64,000 nucleotides of DNA, taken from contig OZ249439.1 in the NCBI GenBank assembly GCA_965235115.1, positions 8,680,001 through 8,744,000 on the forward strand, given 5' to 3'. The notes below the pieces were generated by a model. That model searched no databases. It was given only the letters and a program-made list of their open reading frames with translations, and was not told the DNA's origin. This DNA comes from Laetmonice hystrix (taxonomy: Eukaryota). This document shows, one piece after another, positions 60,900-64,000 of this stretch. The position numbers and the translations under genes were made by a program. How positions within the stretch are numbered: the stretch's first letter is position 1; every line of letters begins with the position of its first letter.

Positions 60900-62187
60900 A
60901 TACCAGTCAGACCAATCATAGTCAGTGCTCAACTTATTCTCCCTTGGTCAGACCAATCATAGTCAGTGCTCAACTTATTCTCCCTGAGTCAGACCAATCA
61001 TAGTCAGTGCTCAACTCATTCTCCCTTGGTCAGACCAATCATAGCCAGTGCTGAACTCATTCTCCCAGGCTGAGTCAGACCAATCATAGTCAGTGCTCAA
61101 CTCATTCTCCCTGAGTCAGACCAATCATAGTCAGTGCTCAACTCATTCTCCCTGAGTCAGACCAATCATAGTCAGTGCTCAACTCATTCTCCCTGAGTCA
61201 GAGCAATCATAGTCAGTGCTCAACTCATTCTCCCTGGGTGAGACCAATCATAGTCAGTGCTCAACTCATTCTCCCTGAGTCAGACCAATCATAGTCAGTG
61301 CTCAACTCATTCTCCCTGAGTCAGACCAATCATAGTCAGTGCTCAACTCATTCTCCCTGAGTCAGACCAATCATAGTCAGTGCTCAACTCATTCTCCCTT
61401 GGTCAGACCAATCATAGCCAGTGCTGAACTCATTCTCCCTGAGTCAGACCAATCATAGTCAGTGCTCAACTCATTCTCCCTAGGTCAGACCAATCATAGT
61501 CAGTGCTCAACTCATTCTCCCTGGGTCAGACCAATCATAGTCAGTGCTCAACTCATTCTCCCTGGGTCAGACCAATCATAGTCAGTGCTCAACCCATTCT
61601 CCCTGGGTCAGACCAATCATAGTCAGTGCTCAACTCATTCTCCCTGGGTCAGACCAATCATAGTCAGTGCTCAACTCATTCTCCCTGAGTCAGAGCAATC
61701 ATAGTCAGTGCTCAACTCATTCTCCCTGGGTCAGACCAATCATAGTCAGTGCTCAACTCATTCTCCCTGAGTCAGAGCAATCATAGTCAGTGCTCAACTC
61801 ATTCTCCCTGGGTGAGACCAATCATAGTCAGTGCTCAACTCATTCTCCCTGGGTCAGACCAATCATAGTCAGTGCTCAACTTATTCTCCCTGAGTCAGAC
61901 CAATCATAGTCAGTGCTCAACTCATTCTCCCTGGGTCAGACCAATCATAGTCAGTGCTCAACTCATTCTCCCTGAAACAGACCAATCATAATCAGTGCTC
62001 AACTCATTCTCCCTGGGTCAGACCAATCATAGTCAGTGCTCAACTCATTCTCCCTGAGTCAGACCAATCATAGTCAGTGCTCAACCCATTCTCCCTGGGT
62101 CAGACCAATCATAGTCAGTGCTCAACTCATTCTCCCTGGGTCAGACCAATCATAGTCAGTGCTCAACTCATTCTCCCTGAGTCAGAC
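60900..62187. repeat. Minisatellite, 41-bp unit (gtcagaccaatcatagtcagtgctcaactcattctccctga), about 31 copies
   Basis: Period of 41 read directly. Confidence 0.97.
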
Positions 62188-62940
62188 CTGAGGCGAGAAA
62201 GTCCCAAAGCTCCTCCAGTGAAGAGACAAAGACGTGGAAACCAATTATATCCTCATGGACAGCCGATGTCTGTTTTCTCCTGACAATAGTAGGTATTTTA
62301 CCTCCCACACTATGTAGTTACACAAAGTTACACGTCAAACAGGATCAGAACGCTATCGTAAAGGACGTTAGTGGTTGCCATGGTGACATGACTTCTCAAC
62401 AGAATAGACTAGACGTGTGGTGCCTAGGGGCCACTTACTGCAGTAAGGTGGCCTTTGATTGGGTGGAAATGAGGCCAATGCTACCTCTTTATTAAACTAC
62501 TAACGAGACAAGACTCTGATTTCATTTCTCTTCATCGCACGGATGATAATTCTCATCAATAGTGGCGGAGGACAGAGTCTGGTAACCATGGTAACTGGAG
62601 CCATTTTAAGGTAGTTATCACTGGTCCCAATTCATGAGACTCCCGATAGGGACCCTCTACTCCACCAGCTCTTGGATAACCAGTCAGGACCCAGGCCTCT
62701 GCTTCCTAGCGGCCTCGCGGGCTATAGGATGGTCCGGGTTTTACAACGGTCCGTACGCCATGGTTCTAACTTGTAATGGTTTCATCTCACGTCTACAATC
62801 TTAAAGACCTGGCTGCAAGTTTCATGTTCTGTCCTCCAATTTTAATGACCTGACTTTTTAATGTCAAATTTATCCCCAAACCTTCGTGAATCAACATGCA
62901 GGCGTCAGGTTCCGTCCTACAAGCGTCAGACATTTTGACA

Positions 62941-63970
62941 TACACCGCTAGTTGTAACGATGAAGACTGTGTTCCATACACCGCTAGTTGTAACGATGAA
63001 GACTGTGTTCCATACACCGCTAGTTGTAACGATGAAGACTGTGTTCCATACACGGCTAGTTGTAACGATGAAGACTGTGTTCCATACACCGCTAGTTGTA
63101 ACGATGAAGACTGTGTTCCATACACCGCTAGTTGTAACGATGAAGACTGTGTTCCATACACCGCTAGTTGTAACGATGAAGACTGTGTTCCATACACCGC
63201 TAGTTGTAACGATGAAGACTGTGTTCCATACACCGCTAGTTGTAACGATGAAGACTGTGTTCCATACACTGCTAGTTGTAACGATGAAGACTGTGTTCCG
63301 TACACGGCTAGTTGTAACGATGAAGACTGTGTTCCATACACCGCTAGTTGTAACGATGAAGGCTGTGTTCCATACACCGCTAATTGTAACGATGAAGACT
63401 GTGTTCCATACACCGCTAATTGTAACGATGAAGACTGTGTTCCATACACCGCTAGTTGTAACGATGAAGACTGTGTTCCATACACCGCTAATTGTAACGA
63501 TGAAGACTGTGTTCCATACACGGCTAGTTGTAACGATGAAGACTGTGTTCCGTACACCGCTAGTTGTAACGATGAAGACTGTGTTCCATACACGGCTAGT
63601 TGTAACGATGAAGACTGTGTTCCGTACACCGCTAGTTGTAACGATGAAGGCTGTGTTCCGTACACCGCTAGTTGTAACGATGAAGACTGTGTTCCACACA
63701 CCGCTAGTTGTAACGATGAAGACTGTGTTCCACACACCGCTAGTTGTAACGATGAAGACTGTGTTCCATACACCGCTAGTTGTAACGATGAAGACTGTGT
63801 CCCATACACCGCTAGTTGTAACGATGAAGGCTGTGTCCCATATACCGCTAGTTGTAACGATGAAGACTGTGTTCCATACACCGCTAGTTGTAACGATGAA
63901 GACTGTGTTCCATACACCGCTAGTTGTAACGATGAAGGCTGTGTCCCATACACCGCTAGTTGTAACGATG
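62941..63970. repeat. Minisatellite, 36-bp unit (tacaccgctagttgtaacgatgaagactgtgttcca), about 28.5 copies; possibly coding
   Basis: No indels in any copy; four of six frames are open. Confidence 0.97.
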
Positions 63971-64000
63971 CGTTCCAAGACGTTCCCTTGAACCCACCAC

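Overview
Intron-rich animal (invertebrate-like bilaterian; species not determinable from sequence) genomic DNA dominated by one minus-strand gene: a neurobeachin/LRBA-family (NBEA, rugose/sel-2-like) BEACH-domain gene. I traced 38 consecutive phase-compatible GT-AG exons from 43638 down to 1511 (5919 nt, 1973 codons). They cover the ConA/laminin-G-like domain, the ARM-like helical region, a low-complexity AKAP-type linker, DUF1088 and the start of the PH domain. I did not find the first coding exons or the BEACH/WD40 exons, so they probably lie outside the window, and 43.6-64 kb is probably one large 5' intron. About a quarter of the window is intronic minisatellite, and these arrays explain almost all long ORFs in the supplied track. 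Most notable observations: (1) several arrays sit on or next to exon borders, and three duplicate real splice sites (a triplicated in-frame acceptor at 12973/13024/13075, about 40 donor copies at 14.5-15.9 kb, 9 extra donors at 17.9-18.4 kb); (2) a degenerate Penelope-type minimal hammerhead ribozyme at about 20.9 kb; (3) an ATG-initiated + strand Cys/Asp-rich repeat ORF from 62896 that runs off the window and is missing from the ORF track; (4) MITE-like inverted-repeat elements, CTCF-like and CRE motifs, and a possible internal first exon. No rRNA, tRNA, CRISPR or autonomous transposon was seen.
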